Below are positions 25,081 through 36,704 of a DNA stretch of 64,000 bases, in pieces. This stretch comes from Camelus ferus (taxonomy: Eukaryota), in contig NC_045696.1 of NCBI RefSeq assembly GCF_009834535.1, positions 68,512,001-68,576,000 on the forward strand, given 5' to 3'. Within the stretch, counting starts at the first letter, position 1. Every line of letters begins with the position of its first letter. Made by a program: the position numbers and the translations under genes. The notes under the pieces were generated by a model. The model worked only from the letters and a program-made list of their open reading frames with translations, was not told the origin of the DNA and searched no databases.

Positions 25081-25760
25081 TTGGGCGGAGCTGGGTCTTG
25101 GCCCTCCGCTGAGCAGGGCCGTGTCTAGGGCTGTGTCTAGGGATGTGGCTATGGTCTCAGAAAGCCTGCCTGCTGATGCGCGGGGCTGCGCTGCGCAGTG
25201 TGTGGCTTGGCCTGAGGCGGCCCAGCGCTGGCGGCTGCAGGCTGGTGGGCGGGGCCAGGTCTTGGCGCCAACGAGCCGGAGGGAGGAGCCCACACAATGG
25301 CGCCCGTCTGCCCGCACCCGCTTCACGTGTGGAAGGAGCTCCCACATATGGCGTGCGAGCTAACGAGCTAGACGGAGGATTTCGCCCTGGCGCCCACCTG
25401 CTCCAGTGTCCACCTGTTAGAAGGAGCTCCGAAGGAAGACCGTGGCCAATGTCTACGTCCGCAGAGCGAGCTGCAGCTGCCCTCGCCGCCTCCCCGGGAG
25501 AGTGTCCGAGACCCGCAGGTAGGCCTGGCCCGGGCTCCGAGCGGGTGACTGCTTTTGCCCCGTCCCGACGCGCGGAAGGTTTTGTGTGCGCCCTTTCAGA
25601 GTGAAGTCTCTACTTCCCCCCATCCTGAGACTCCCGAAGCCCGGCTGGCCTTCCAAGCCATATTATCTGGGGGCATGTCTTCCCCGTGCCGGTACCAGAC
25701 CCCCGGGCTGAGGGGCCTGACGTGGGGCTCAGTAGTCTCACTCCTGTGGGGCAACCTCTG
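25081..25760. promoter_or_regulatory. CpG island within the L1 5'UTR
   Basis: About 50 CpGs hand-counted in about 660 bp; GC boxes gggcgg at 25083 and 25247; the only CpG-dense stretch in the window. Confidence 0.75.
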
Positions 25761-25850
25761 CCGTATAAGTATTCTCTGCTTGTGGGTCGCCCACAGGGGG
25801 TTCAAGGCTTGATTATATCACAAGTCTGCTCCTACTTGTCTCGTTGTGGG

Positions 25851-26129
25851 TTTTTTTTTTTTTTTTTAACATTTTTTATTGAGTTATAGTCAATTTACAG
25901 TGTTGTGTCAAATTCCAGTGCAGAGCACAATTTTTTAGTTATACATGAACATACATATATTCATTGTCACATTTTTTTTCGCTGTGACCTACGGCCAGAT
26001 ACTGTATATATTTCCCTGGGCTATACAGTATAATCTTGTTTATCTATTGTGCATATGCCTATCAGCCTCTACAAATTTTGAACTCCCAGTCTCTCTCTTC
26101 CCATCCCCCTCCCCCTTGGCAACCACAAG
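25851..26129 (-). mobile_element. 5'-truncated young L1 3' end, camelid-type, nested in the older L1 5'UTR
   Basis: Poly-T then aacattttttattgagttatagtcaatttacagtgttgtgtcaaattccagtg...cccccttggcaaccacaag; host sequence resumes afterwards; possible short TSD tgtgggttt/tgtgattt. Confidence 0.88.
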
Positions 26130-26291
26130 TGTGATTTATTCTTTATATCTTTGGTTGTAGATATTTTCTGGTAGGTTCCAGTCTGTTTCATGGAGGGTGG
26201 TTCTGCAGACGGTTGTGGTTTTGGTGTGCTCGCGAGAGGAGGTGAGCTCAGGTCTCTCCATTGTCTTGACAGAACTCACACACTATCATAA

Positions 26292-26293
<2 letters not shown>

Positions 26294-26327
<34 letters not shown>
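26294..26327. repeat. (CA)n microsatellite
   Basis: Perfect AC run of about 17 units. Confidence 0.95.
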
Positions 26328-26332
<5 letters not shown>

Positions 26333-26379
26333 TGCGCACACATACATATGCTTTTTTCATCTTCCCAATACCAACAATA

Positions 26380-26615
26380 ATTTAAATTTATTGAGCACTT
26401 ACTGTGTACTGATCTATTTGTTCAGCTCTTCATACATCCTGTTCATTTCATCTTCCTCAGTGTCCTACTGGAAAGGTACTATTACTGTGTATTTCATAGA
26501 TAATATATGACTATTATAGGTGAAATAACATGCTCATTGTGCCATAGTTAGTTAATGAGGGAGCCAGGATTTCAGTCCAGGTGTGCATGACGCAGATCCT
26601 AAACACTCTGCTAGT
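26380..26615 (-). mobile_element. MIR SINE
   Basis: atttattgagcacttactgtgt...aggtactattac...gagccaggatttcagtccagg. Confidence 0.7.
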
Positions 26616-28084
26616 CTGCCTCTTCTTCATGAAGATGAATATTTTTCGAAGAGCCAGAAATAACCTGGTTCGCACCCTAAATTACTCAGTAAGAGTTGGA
26701 GGGGTGCTGAAGATACATGAAGCTAATATTATGATTTCTCTGTCACGGATAACTGACAGCTGTGCTCTGTTTTGCCCAAGGAAGTAAAATTCTCTGATTA
26801 ACGAGAGAGGAGCAGAGATTCACAGCCCTACAGGAGAAAAGCTTCCCAGCGTCAGTGGTTCTCTGTCAGTTTTAGATGGAGAAGCTCCTTGATGTCAATC
26901 CAGTTTGTGGTGGTGTCCTTGATGTTCCTGCACAGGAGTGGAGGTCGAGGGGAGGGAGTGGGCAAAAGAGGGCAAAGTCAGCTTTTTCTGGAAAGAACTT
27001 GTTTGACTTGAGCCTTTGGAAGTTTAAATAATTAAAAGTGTATGTACGAGCACATGGGGATATTTGTTCATGCGGAAGACTTTCTGGCCATGACTTCTGA
27101 GCATCAGAGCTGTTTCAGCATCTCCTGGAGGAGGACCCAGATGGCCACACTTCAAATCTAATTAGACTAAAAGATGGAACCAGAAAACAGAGACGCTCTC
27201 CTGCAACTCCTCCAGACAATAAGAAAAACAATACATAGCAGGAAGGCCTCAGTGAGCCTGGCAGTGATGTTTCCTCCTTCAGGCAGAATTAACATCATTC
27301 CTATGGCCAAGGACCTATTTTTCTTTTTCAGAGACCATCAAGGGGTAAGCTTTGCTCACCCTCAATTTTAGCTCAGAACATCACCCCAAAGATCCCTCAG
27401 GATGTTCTTGGAGATTTGTTTCTCCAGAATAGCAAAGCTCAAGGCACGGAATCATTGATTAATCCATTCTGCTCAGTGTTGTATCAGAACAGGAAATAAT
27501 ACTTGACCTAACAGCCGGCCATCATTACCCCACCTCCTTCTAGAAAATAAGGATGTTTGGATCCAGCAAGGTGAAGTAACTAGCTCAAGAGAAGTGATGG
27601 AGGAACCAAGCTAGAAGCTAGACTTCCTGGTTGCCAGGACAGCATCCTTTTGAGAGAACAGCCAAGGGAAGAAGGCTTGTGCATTGACTGGAGGGTAAGA
27701 GAGGAACCCACGAGGGCAACAACAGATACAATTTTTCTCCTTTATAACTTAACTGTGAGCTTACCCTAATCACAGAAATTGCCATCTCTATGGAAGAACT
27801 TTCTATACACTTTTTTTTTTTTTTTCTGGGAGTAGGAGTCCCTTTCTTGTCTTTGTGCAGGAATATGGCAGTTGGAAAGTATTTGTTCTTACATGCTTGA
27901 ACTCTTCACCTTCTTGTTCTCAACATGTCTCCTCATGCTTTGCAGTCCTTGCTTCTTTTCTAAACTCCTAAATTTGGTGTAAAAGTATTTGCTTTAAGTT
28001 TTCCAAGAGCCAAACAGAAGAATATTAATAGGACAAACCTGCTTTTGTGACATTTTCAATTTATCCGAAATTTAGATAATATTG

Positions 28085-28560
28085 CTCAGTTGGCTAATTG
28101 CAGTAATAGGTAGACCGTAATATGCATAATGGCTCAAACGCGATAGAAAAATTATTTCTTATTCAAGATACAGTACCAGTAGGTAAAAACTTTAGCAGAT
28201 GGCTTCTTCTGTGTGGTCACTCTTAGATTCAAGCTGGTGGAAGACCTGCCATCTTTAACGCAGGGCTCCCACGGCTGTCCTGAGCATCAACTCTGTTCCT
28301 GTTGGATGTGGAAAAGAGCATGGAGAACTTCATGGAAAGGTTCTATGGGCCAGCCGTGGAACAGGCACACATCATCTGCCTTAATATCTCTCTTAATAAC
28401 TCATCAAAATGGCACACTAAATTGCAGGCTTAAGTTGGGGTAGATAACAGGGGATTGGGAAATACAGTTCGTGGTTCGGCTGTCAAATTCCAGTGTTAAT
28501 CCTATGATAAGGAAGGGGGTGGGTCATGAATTTGAGTGTACAGCCAGCCATCTTTGCCAA
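28085..28560 (-). mobile_element. MaLR LTR, old MLT1 (K/L-like)
   Basis: aatggctcaaacgcgatagaaaattatttctt, ctgccatcttt, ggaaaagagcatggagaac...tatgggccagcc...cacacatca, cagccatctttgcca. Confidence 0.65.
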
Positions 28561-28749
28561 ATGGATGTTTTGTCAGTATCTTTGGACATGAGTCAAAGTA
28601 AAATCGAGTGTTTTTAACTGACACGTGACTTTACTTAAACAAGATTTCCTTGAATAATCCTAATTCATTCTGTTCTTATAAGCAAAAAGTTACCATTCTG
28701 CACTTCAGTCAACTTTTATTTAGCCTCTTTCTCTAGAATAATTGTATCA

Positions 28750-29560
28750 GTTTTACTTACTACCCACTTTATGTGTTAAGCATTATACCAGATGTTGGGA
28801 ATGTATTAATAAACAAGACAGACAAATTTCCTGCTTGCATGAAACTAAGATTCTAATGGAGAACAGGTGAGGAATAGAAAATAAATAGATTAAAAATGTA
28901 TTAAATAATGACAAGTACTAAAAGTAAGGTAAAACAGAGTGGTGAGAGAAAGAATGGCTGGCCCTATTTAGACGGGGGGTTAAGCAGGTCCTCTTTGAGA
29001 AGGTGGCATTTAAACTGAAACCAAAATGACAAGAAGCCAGCCATTTTGAGATCTTAGGTAAGAACTTTTCAGGCTCTGGGAATGGCCAGTGCAAAGGCCC
29101 TGAGGTGGTAGTGTGCATGACTATGAGACAGAGATGAGGCAATTATGGATGACAAGTCTGATAGGAGCTGAAGTCAGAATTGTTGGCATGAAACTAGTTC
29201 AGATAGCATCTTGGAGACTGTGCTGAGGTTTACTTTTACTCCAAGTATAACAGGAAGCAATTGGAGGGTTTGAAGCAGAAGAGTGACTCTTGCTTTCTTT
29301 CTTTCTTTCTTTTTTTTTTTTTTAAGTACACTTTGGCTGTTATGACCAGAATGGATTGAAGCCTGGCAGGAGAGACAAGGGTGGCACTAAGGAGGTCTTT
29401 GTCATGGTCCAAGTTAGGATGATAGTAATCCTGGAATATGGAGAAAGTAGCAGAGATGAAGGAAGGCTGAAACTGGTGAGTGTTTTGAAAGTTGTGTGGC
29501 ATAGACTTGCTGAAGGATTTGTTCTGGAGGAAATGAGAAGGTGAATTCCAACTGCCTCTT
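28750..29560 (-). mobile_element. L2 LINE (L2a-like)
   Basis: aaacaagacagacaaatttcctgc, ctttgagaaggtggcatttaaactga, gggaatggccagtgcaaaggccctgaggtgg, ggaagcaattggagggtttgaagcag. Confidence 0.85.
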
Positions 29561-31299
29561 ACATTTGATACATTCAGTTACTGTCACTCTTTTACTCAAT
29601 CCTAGGTAAGTCTCAGATGAGAGCTTCTTAGGATCTAGGCAGGGGGTCAGGAGAACTGGTTCCTATTTTCTTATTTGCTATTTTATTTGCCTGGATAAAC
29701 TTCCTGCTCTTTAATTTTTGTAAGAAAATGAAAATAGCTTCCACCTTTTACCTAAGAAAACTGGTGAAGGGTGGTAAATGTGAAAAATATTTCTTGTGAT
29801 GAAATTCTAGTAAGAGTACAAGATGCTCTTCTGGTTGAGCAGTATGTCTTGAGCATTTGAATTTAATCAGACTGTATTTCTTTGCCCTTTTATAACAATG
29901 ATGACTAACTGGTTCCCATATAAGTGAGTTATATTTTAGACAAAGGAAGAAAAATAAAATAATTCTTGGTTTGGGGCACTTAATATCACTTAATTGAGTC
30001 ATAGCTGCATAGACTACAACTGAATGAGAGTGTTTTACATCAAAAGGGTGTTTCCTTCCCTTTGCTTTCATGTACCTTTTTACTAAAGCATGAGAGTGCT
30101 CGCCGAAAATTTAAACAAAGATGTGCAGACAAATACGATGGAGACTGTTTAAATGTTTTAAAATACCCTGTTCAACCCAAATAAGGCAAAAAAAGAAAAG
30201 GCCAAAAACATGTGACAAATGAAAAGCAAACGATTAAAGCACACTGCTCACACCTCACCAATAAAGACACACAGACTGGCAAACAGGCACATGGAAAGAC
30301 GTGCCACATCCTGTGTGATTAAGAAGACGCAAATCATTTTGTTAAGAGAGTGTCTTCTGTTACCTTCTGATTTAACTCATGCTGCAGACAAGAAGCTCAA
30401 AAATGCCTGTGAGGATATCAGCTGTCATTTTCTACAAGTAAGCAGACGTTCCTAGGCCCCTGAGATCATGAAATTAAAGTTTCAGGTACACTAGAAAGCA
30501 AAGTAGAATTACAGTTCACTCTTTTGTATGTAAGAGTTTTGAGTCTACAGAATCATTTACTCAAGATTGCAGACAAACTTTAGTGATTTTGTGCAAACTC
30601 TTTATTAAATAATTCAGAGTTGTAACTTTATTCTTAGAAAGTAACTTCTTCCTTTTGAGCGGGAAAAAACCCATAGAAAACAAAAGTTCTGTTTGTAGTT
30701 GAAAAACCTTATCATCTATGGTCTCCATTCCCAAATTTATATATGATCGATCATTCAATAGTGGTGCTCTCACACTTTTCGTTAAGGCTACTCTGAATTT
30801 TGCCACCTTGTGAATCTTGAACATATACTTCTGAAGCTGGTATTTAAGACCTATGTCTCTGATAATGACCATTCAGTATTAGAGCAAGATGCATGGCTGA
30901 TTATACCGTTGAGAGTGAAAATTCTTTTGATTGTTTGTTAAAAGAAGATAATTTCTAAGTCTTTTTGGTGTCATAACTGTTTCTATAAATGAAGAAAATC
31001 TATAGTACAACCACTATTTGTAATTATTTCTCCACATCTGAAATTCCTTCTTCTATACCTTTAATGATTTAAAATAACCATTACACTCTATAGCAGATAA
31101 TTCTGTTATCTCAAATTCTTAGGAACCTTTAATCTGCTGTTTCTTATGTATTCTCTCTCTCCCTCTGTCTCAGTGATTAATTTTCTGTTTTTGTAACTTT
31201 AGGTTTTAAGATCAATGTCTGCAGGGCTTTATCTGTAGAAATATTGTGAACCCTAGATTAGAGTTTACATTTTCTCTGTGAGGTGTCACTAACCCTGCA

Positions 31300-31645
31300 C
31301 AACTTTTGTTTTTAAATAAACTTTGAAGTTTAGAATAGTTTAGAGTTACAGAAAAGTAGTTATCATAGGACAGATTCCCATATACCCTGTATCCAGTTTC
31401 TCCTATTATTAACATCTTCTACTAGGATGATGCATTTGTTATAGCTAATGAAGCAGTGTTATTACATTATTAGTAACTAAAGTCTATACTTCATTCAAAT
31501 TTTCTTAGTTTTTTACCTACTGTTCCTCTTTCTGTCCCAGGATCCCGTGCAGAATACCATGTTATATTTCTTTATTATCTCTCCTTGGTCTCCTCTAGAC
31601 TGTGACAGTTTCTTAGACTTTCCTTATTTTTGATGACTTTGACCC
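31300..31645 (-). mobile_element. L1MC-type 3'UTR fragment
   Basis: tagaatagtttagagttacagaaaag...ttcccatataccc...ctgtcccaggatccc...gactgtgacagtttcttagactttcctt. Confidence 0.8.
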
Positions 31646-31704
31646 CGTGCCTCCCATGCACGTAAAAACTGTCCTTAAAATATGTGTGTGTGTGTGTGTA
31701 TTCC

Positions 31705-32300
31705 AAATGTCAAGAAGAAACTGGCAAAACCACAGTTATGGTGGGAGATTTTAACATCCCTCCCTCAAATTGATAGACTAAGTAGGCAGAAATTTAGTAA
31801 GGATACAGAACATTTGAATAACATGATTATCAACCTTGATCTAAAGCAGATATGTAGATAGAGCCCTGCATCTCCAAATTAGAGAAAATCCACTTTTTCA
31901 AGCACACATTAAATATTTATGAAGGTTGACCACATACTCCTCTACAAACATAAAAATCAGTTTTCAGTGGATATAAAAATCAGACCACAGTGCATATGCC
32001 TGGTTATTTTCCAAAGATAATTAAGAAGTCACATGTATTTAAAATTTAAAAAAAAACACATAAATAATTCACTGGATCAGATACAACCCTAAAATAGACA
32101 ATTAAACACCAAATTAGTAACACTAAAAACACTAAATTAGAAAATACTTAGAATTGACTGAATAAAATGTGTCAAGATGTTGGATATGCAGCTAAAACAG
32201 AATTTAGAAGGGAAATTTATGCCTTAAAATTTATATCACAAAAGAGCAAAGTCCTACATTCAAAGCACTGATTTATTTCTTAAGAAGTTAGAAAGGGAAG
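31705..32300 (+). mobile_element. Old L1 ORF2 endonuclease-region fragment
   Basis: gttatggtgggagattttaacatccct gives the VGDFN APE motif; ttgatagactaagtaggcagaaa, cagaccacagtg, ggatatgcagctaaaacag. Confidence 0.75.
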
Positions 32301-32469
32301 AAAATAAAATCAGAGCGGTGGGGGAAGACATTCTGGCCAGCATGGTAAATGGAAGGAAGTATGAAGGACACGGTGTTTGGGGCTCTCTGCAGCACAGGTC
32401 CACACAAGCAGTGCACGCAGAGATTAGATGGAACACAGAAAGGTACGTTTAGGACATTTCTTCCATACA

Positions 32470-33900
32470 AAAAAGGTTAAAAGAATAGTATAATGTCATG
32501 TATATACCCTTCAATAAGATTCAACAATGTTAACATTTTGTCATATGTTCTCTCTCTGTGTATATATACTTTTTTCTGTACCATTTCAGAGTAAGTGAAG
32601 CCCCTTTACCTATAAATAGCTCAGCATTTGTCTTCTAGGAATAAAAACAATCTGTCACTTAACCACAGTACCATTGTCACTTGCAAGAAAACTAATAATA
32701 ATTCCATAATATCATCTAATATAAAGTCCATATTCAAATGTTCCTAATTGCCCTAAAAATGTCTTTTATCTATTTTTCTTTTATTTTTTTCCCCAGCCAG
32801 ACCTGAGACTAGGTTTACACCTTGAATTTAGTTGTTATGTTAATCAGGGTTCTCCAGAGAAACAAAACAAATAGAAGATATATAAATATGTCTATATCTA
32901 TGTCTCTATATAGTTTTATTATAAGGAATTGGTTCACGTGATTATGAAGACTGATAATTCCTAAGATCTGCAGATGGCAAGAGTCACAGGAGAACTGATA
33001 GTGTAGTTTTTAGTCCAAGGCCAACAGGCTTGAGATACAGGAAGAGCTGATGTTTTAGTTCAAATATGAAGGCAAGAAAAATCTGATGTCTCAGTGTGAA
33101 GGCAGTTCGGCAGAAGGAGTTCCTTCTTACTTAGCCTTTTTGTTCTATTCAAGCCTTCAACTGATTGGATCAGGCCCACCCACATTGAGAAGAGAAACCT
33201 GCTTCACTCAGTCTACTAATTTAATGGTGAATCTCTTCCAGATACACCCAGAATCATGTTTGACTAAATCTGGACACCCTATGGCCCAGTCAAGTTGACA
33301 TATAAAATGAACCATTGCAGTTGTTATATTGTGTATCTTCAATTTCTTTTAGTCTAGACTCTAAAGTAGGTCTCCTACATTTTTTAAAATGTGATTGACT
33401 CTTTCAAGAGTTCAGATAGTTGCCCTAAAGAACATCCTACATTCAGAATTTTTCTGATTATTTCTTCATGGTATCATTTAATTTGTTCTTCTGTCCCTCA
33501 TGTTTTCTATAAACTGGAAGTTTGGTTTAGAGGGGCTTGATTATGTTCAGATTTAACCCACTGGGTCAGGAATACGTCATAGGTCATTTTTGAATTTTGC
33601 ACTGCAGTACTTAGAGAGGCACCTAATGCTCAGCTATCTCATTATCAGTGATACTAAGTTTCATCGCTTGGAGAAATGTGTTGACCATCAGATCCTTTTA
33701 TTGCAATGATATATTTTTCTATTTGAATTAGTAGTTTGTGTGGTGATATTTTGGTACTGTGGTAAATATCCTGTTCCCTATAACTTTTCACCTAATTGTT
33801 ACCTTCCTTTGTGATGATCTTTGCCTGAGTCAGTTATTAGATTGGAGCTTACAAAAGGATGATTTTCTATTTCTATCATATCTTCTATTTTATTAGTTTG
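32470..33900 (-). mobile_element. Old L1MC/ME 3'UTR, interrupted by an MLT2
   Basis: caacaatgttaacattttg, aataattccataatatcatctaatat...tccatattcaaat, aatatcctgttccc...acttttcacctaat. Confidence 0.7.
32836..33319 (-). mobile_element. ERVL solo LTR, MLT2B-like
   Basis: tcagggttctccagagaaaca...ataaggaattggttcacgtgattatg...ccttcaactgattggatcaggcccacccaca...cccagtcaagttgacatataaaatgaacc; perfect 5-bp TSD gttgt at 32831-32835 and 33320-33324. Confidence 0.92.
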
Positions 33901-34354
33901 GGGACTTTAGATGTAATTCAAGGACTTTGAGTTCTTTATGTATGCAAAGTGGAGTCAATTGAGATTTTATACAAAGAAATTTGGAGAACAGGGAGAGACT
34001 ACAGGGCTTTTGTGGGATTTGTACCAAGATTCAAGAGTTCCAATATTATTTACTTGTCTCTGAGGCTCCCTATGGAGACCGCCACTTTAGTCTATACACT
34101 CATCCTAATCAGACGAGACCTTCTTTGGAGACAATGAGAGCCCTAGCACCCTGGCTTTAAGGCTTTCCCAGGGGTAAAATTATGGACCTAAGCAGCTTTT
34201 CACTCAATTGTGACCCTTAACTTTATAAGCAACTATCAAGTCTTTGCTTATGGGAAAAAAACAAATACATATATATATATATGTTTATTTCTATTGCCTT
34301 AACATGTCTTAAACATCCCTAAAAATACTAATTTTTTTTCCCTGACTGATAGAT

Positions 34355-34600
34355 TTAATTCCTAGGAATTTCTCTTAGGGAGAAAATATGAAGGAGATGT
34401 ACAAGAGCATGTCTACAACATATCAGTGTGGTTTATTTTTAAAAAATCATACAAACAATCTTAATGGCAAGCAAAAAATGTTGGCTAAATTAATGTTTGT
34501 GCAGCTATATAATGGATATTGTAAAGCTATTGAAAATGATATGGTAGAAGTGTATTTAATTACAATAACAGTTTTCGCTGTCTAAATTAGTAGATGCAAA
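34355..34600 (+). mobile_element. L1ME-type fragment
   Basis: ttcctaggaatttctcttaggga...ggctaaattaatg...tataatggatattgtaaagctattgaaaatga. Confidence 0.55.
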
Positions 34601-35579
34601 TAAGTTCAAGAACACAGATCAGTTCCCTTCCAGACACTTCCAGGTTCTAACACATAGGTACATTATTAAAGTTTCCAGATTTCGCTTCCTGTCTAGAGTG
34701 GAGTTTCGGTTCAGCTGGAATATAAATGGAATTATTGTAAAGGGGCTTGTTTAGTTCTCTTACCGAACAGCATCTGCATCCTAATTCTTTCTCAGCCAAA
34801 ATGCCTGATAGATACAAACCTATGCTTTCTGCTCAGTCCTGAGCCTGCTGTTCTCTTTTTTCAAGCTCCTTCCAAATTAACTTCACTTATAAGGAATAAT
34901 AAGCAATGTAGAACACTGTCAGATTCACAGTGGGAGGCAGAGGAGACTGACATTTCACAGTACACAAGAATTAACCTTTCAACTGCCCCTGAGACCAACC
35001 TCTTCTTCTATACCTGCATACATACCTTTGCTTTGCACCTGTCATGCAGCCTCTGGGTTGCTGAATCCTGCCTCCATGGAACGATTATTCTCTGAGGTCT
35101 CTTAATCTCTTCTCTTCTTAGGCAGAGCAATTCTCTACTTGCACATCCTTTCCCAGTCTTTAATATCACCTTTAATATGTCTAGGGCCAGTACACTGAGG
35201 ATGAAGGTTTTTGTCTACCCTTAGCAAACAAAAGATCCTCTAGTTAACTCCTGGATCCACGCTTCTTATGTAAAGAGAGATTATAAATAACAAATATTTT
35301 TCTCCAGTCAGCCATGTATTTAATCTATGTTCCATTATTAATATGTGCTTCTTATGTAAGAAATGTAGAACAGAAAGAGGAAAAAAGGTAGCCCCTTTCA
35401 ATGTTTAGTTTGCAGCAGGTACTGGTGAATTTCCAGGCTTTGAGGTAGGCATGAGGTGGAACAAGGTCGGTCCTGACAGCGGCAGATCCAGGACACTTAC
35501 TGGGTGGTGAGACCAGCGACATGGGACAGAAGGGCTCTGTTACTGGAACTGGATTAGGAGGTGGGGGATTAAAGTTCTT

Positions 35580-36030
35580 GGGTAGAGTTCTTTTGTTGCA
35601 AGCAACAGAAAAAGAAATTGAAATTTAAGCAAAACTGAGAATGCATTGACTCCTCTAACAGATATAGCAAATACGACTTAATCCGTCTCACTGACGTCAT
35701 AAAAATTGGTTTCTATTCTGTTTCTCTGTTTGCCTTCCTTCTTTCAACTCCATTCTCAGGCAGACTCTTCCTGAAAAGTATCAGTATGACGTCAGATAAT
35801 AATCAAATGATAAAGAAGTGTCTTTTCCCCCTCAGCATTACAGGCAACATTTCCAAGATTCCCTCTGAATGAGGTGGCTTAGGCATGTGCCCACCCACGT
35901 GCAGGGGATGCACAGGGATGGGCTTATGCTGGGTCATTTGTTTCACCAGGAAATACAGGGACTGGAGGTAGGGAAGTGTTGGATTCCTGAAGGCTTGGAA
36001 ACGAGGACCGGGGAAGTACAGTAGCAAATA
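35580..36030 (-). mobile_element. MaLR LTR, old MLT1
   Basis: gttcttttgttgcaagcaacagaaa, ctccattctcaggcagactct, cttaggcatgtgcccacc, ctgggtcatttg. Confidence 0.6.
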
Positions 36031-36704
36031 CTCCCTGCTGGAGTCTAAGGTGTGAAATAGACCTGAGTCATGTGTAACTGGGAAACAGCAAGAGTTTTGA
36101 CTGGATGTCCAGTCTGGACAGGAGCTCCTCTCTGGGGCAAGGCTGGCTTGTTTAAGGATTTATTTCTCTTCACTGAGTTGTCTAGTGGGTATCAAGTAGC
36201 CCAAATTTTTAGGAAAGGAACATATGATGCAGACTGGTTCTGACAATGACAAAACAGAAGCGCCTCAAAACCGGAGGCAATACTACATGCCTCCACCCTG
36301 CATAAAACGTACAAGAGAGTATTAATGAAGTAATAGTGAATTTTATTCTGGAGTGGAACTCTTTTATATAAAAGTTTTGATTCCTAAACCGCCCCAAAAG
36401 AATTATCATCAGAGCTATAAACCTTTCAGGCTCCAGTAATATTAAGAGCCCTCGTGAAGATTGGCTTCCTAAAAGCTATTGCTCTTCCATACCAACCTGT
36501 GTCTTAAATCTTTTAATTGGGTGAAATTTTGATACAGGCAAGTGGGCAAGTGATGTTGATAGAATGTATTTTCCAGATGTGTTTTAATTGAAAGTTAGTT
36601 TTCAAGGTATTTGCTCAGTTCATAATTTTTCTAGAAACTTCTGTGCTGTTTGAATTCTGTTTGCAAACCCCCTTGTTCATGAGGTATGACCATTTTATAA
36701 GGAA

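Larger units (their letters stand above)
24340..26277 (-). mobile_element. L1 5' portion (5'UTR plus partial ORF1), no ORF2 or 3' end; cetartiodactyl-type L1 or HAL1-like
   Basis: ORF 24340-24528 NPKRTTTRHMVIKMIKIKDKERLLRAAREKQQIT...ITLSADFSAETLQARKTW is L1 ORF1p; GC-rich 5'UTR from about 24795 to 26277 ending ggtgagctcaggtctctccattgtcttg. Confidence 0.88.

Noticed and set aside
25066..25812. Several overlapping ORFs up to 153 aa
   Set aside because: A by-product of the high GC content of the L1 5'UTR, which has few stop codons; no homology recognised.
30345..30436. Possible exon ECLLLPSDLTHAADKKLKNACEDISCHFLQ ending at caa|gtaagc
   Set aside because: Weak acceptor directly next to an L1 fragment, and the peptide is not recognised.
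30561..30872. 103-aa minus-strand ORF in unique sequence, possible processed pseudogene
   Set aside because: No recognisable protein in the frames examined, and no poly-A or TSD.
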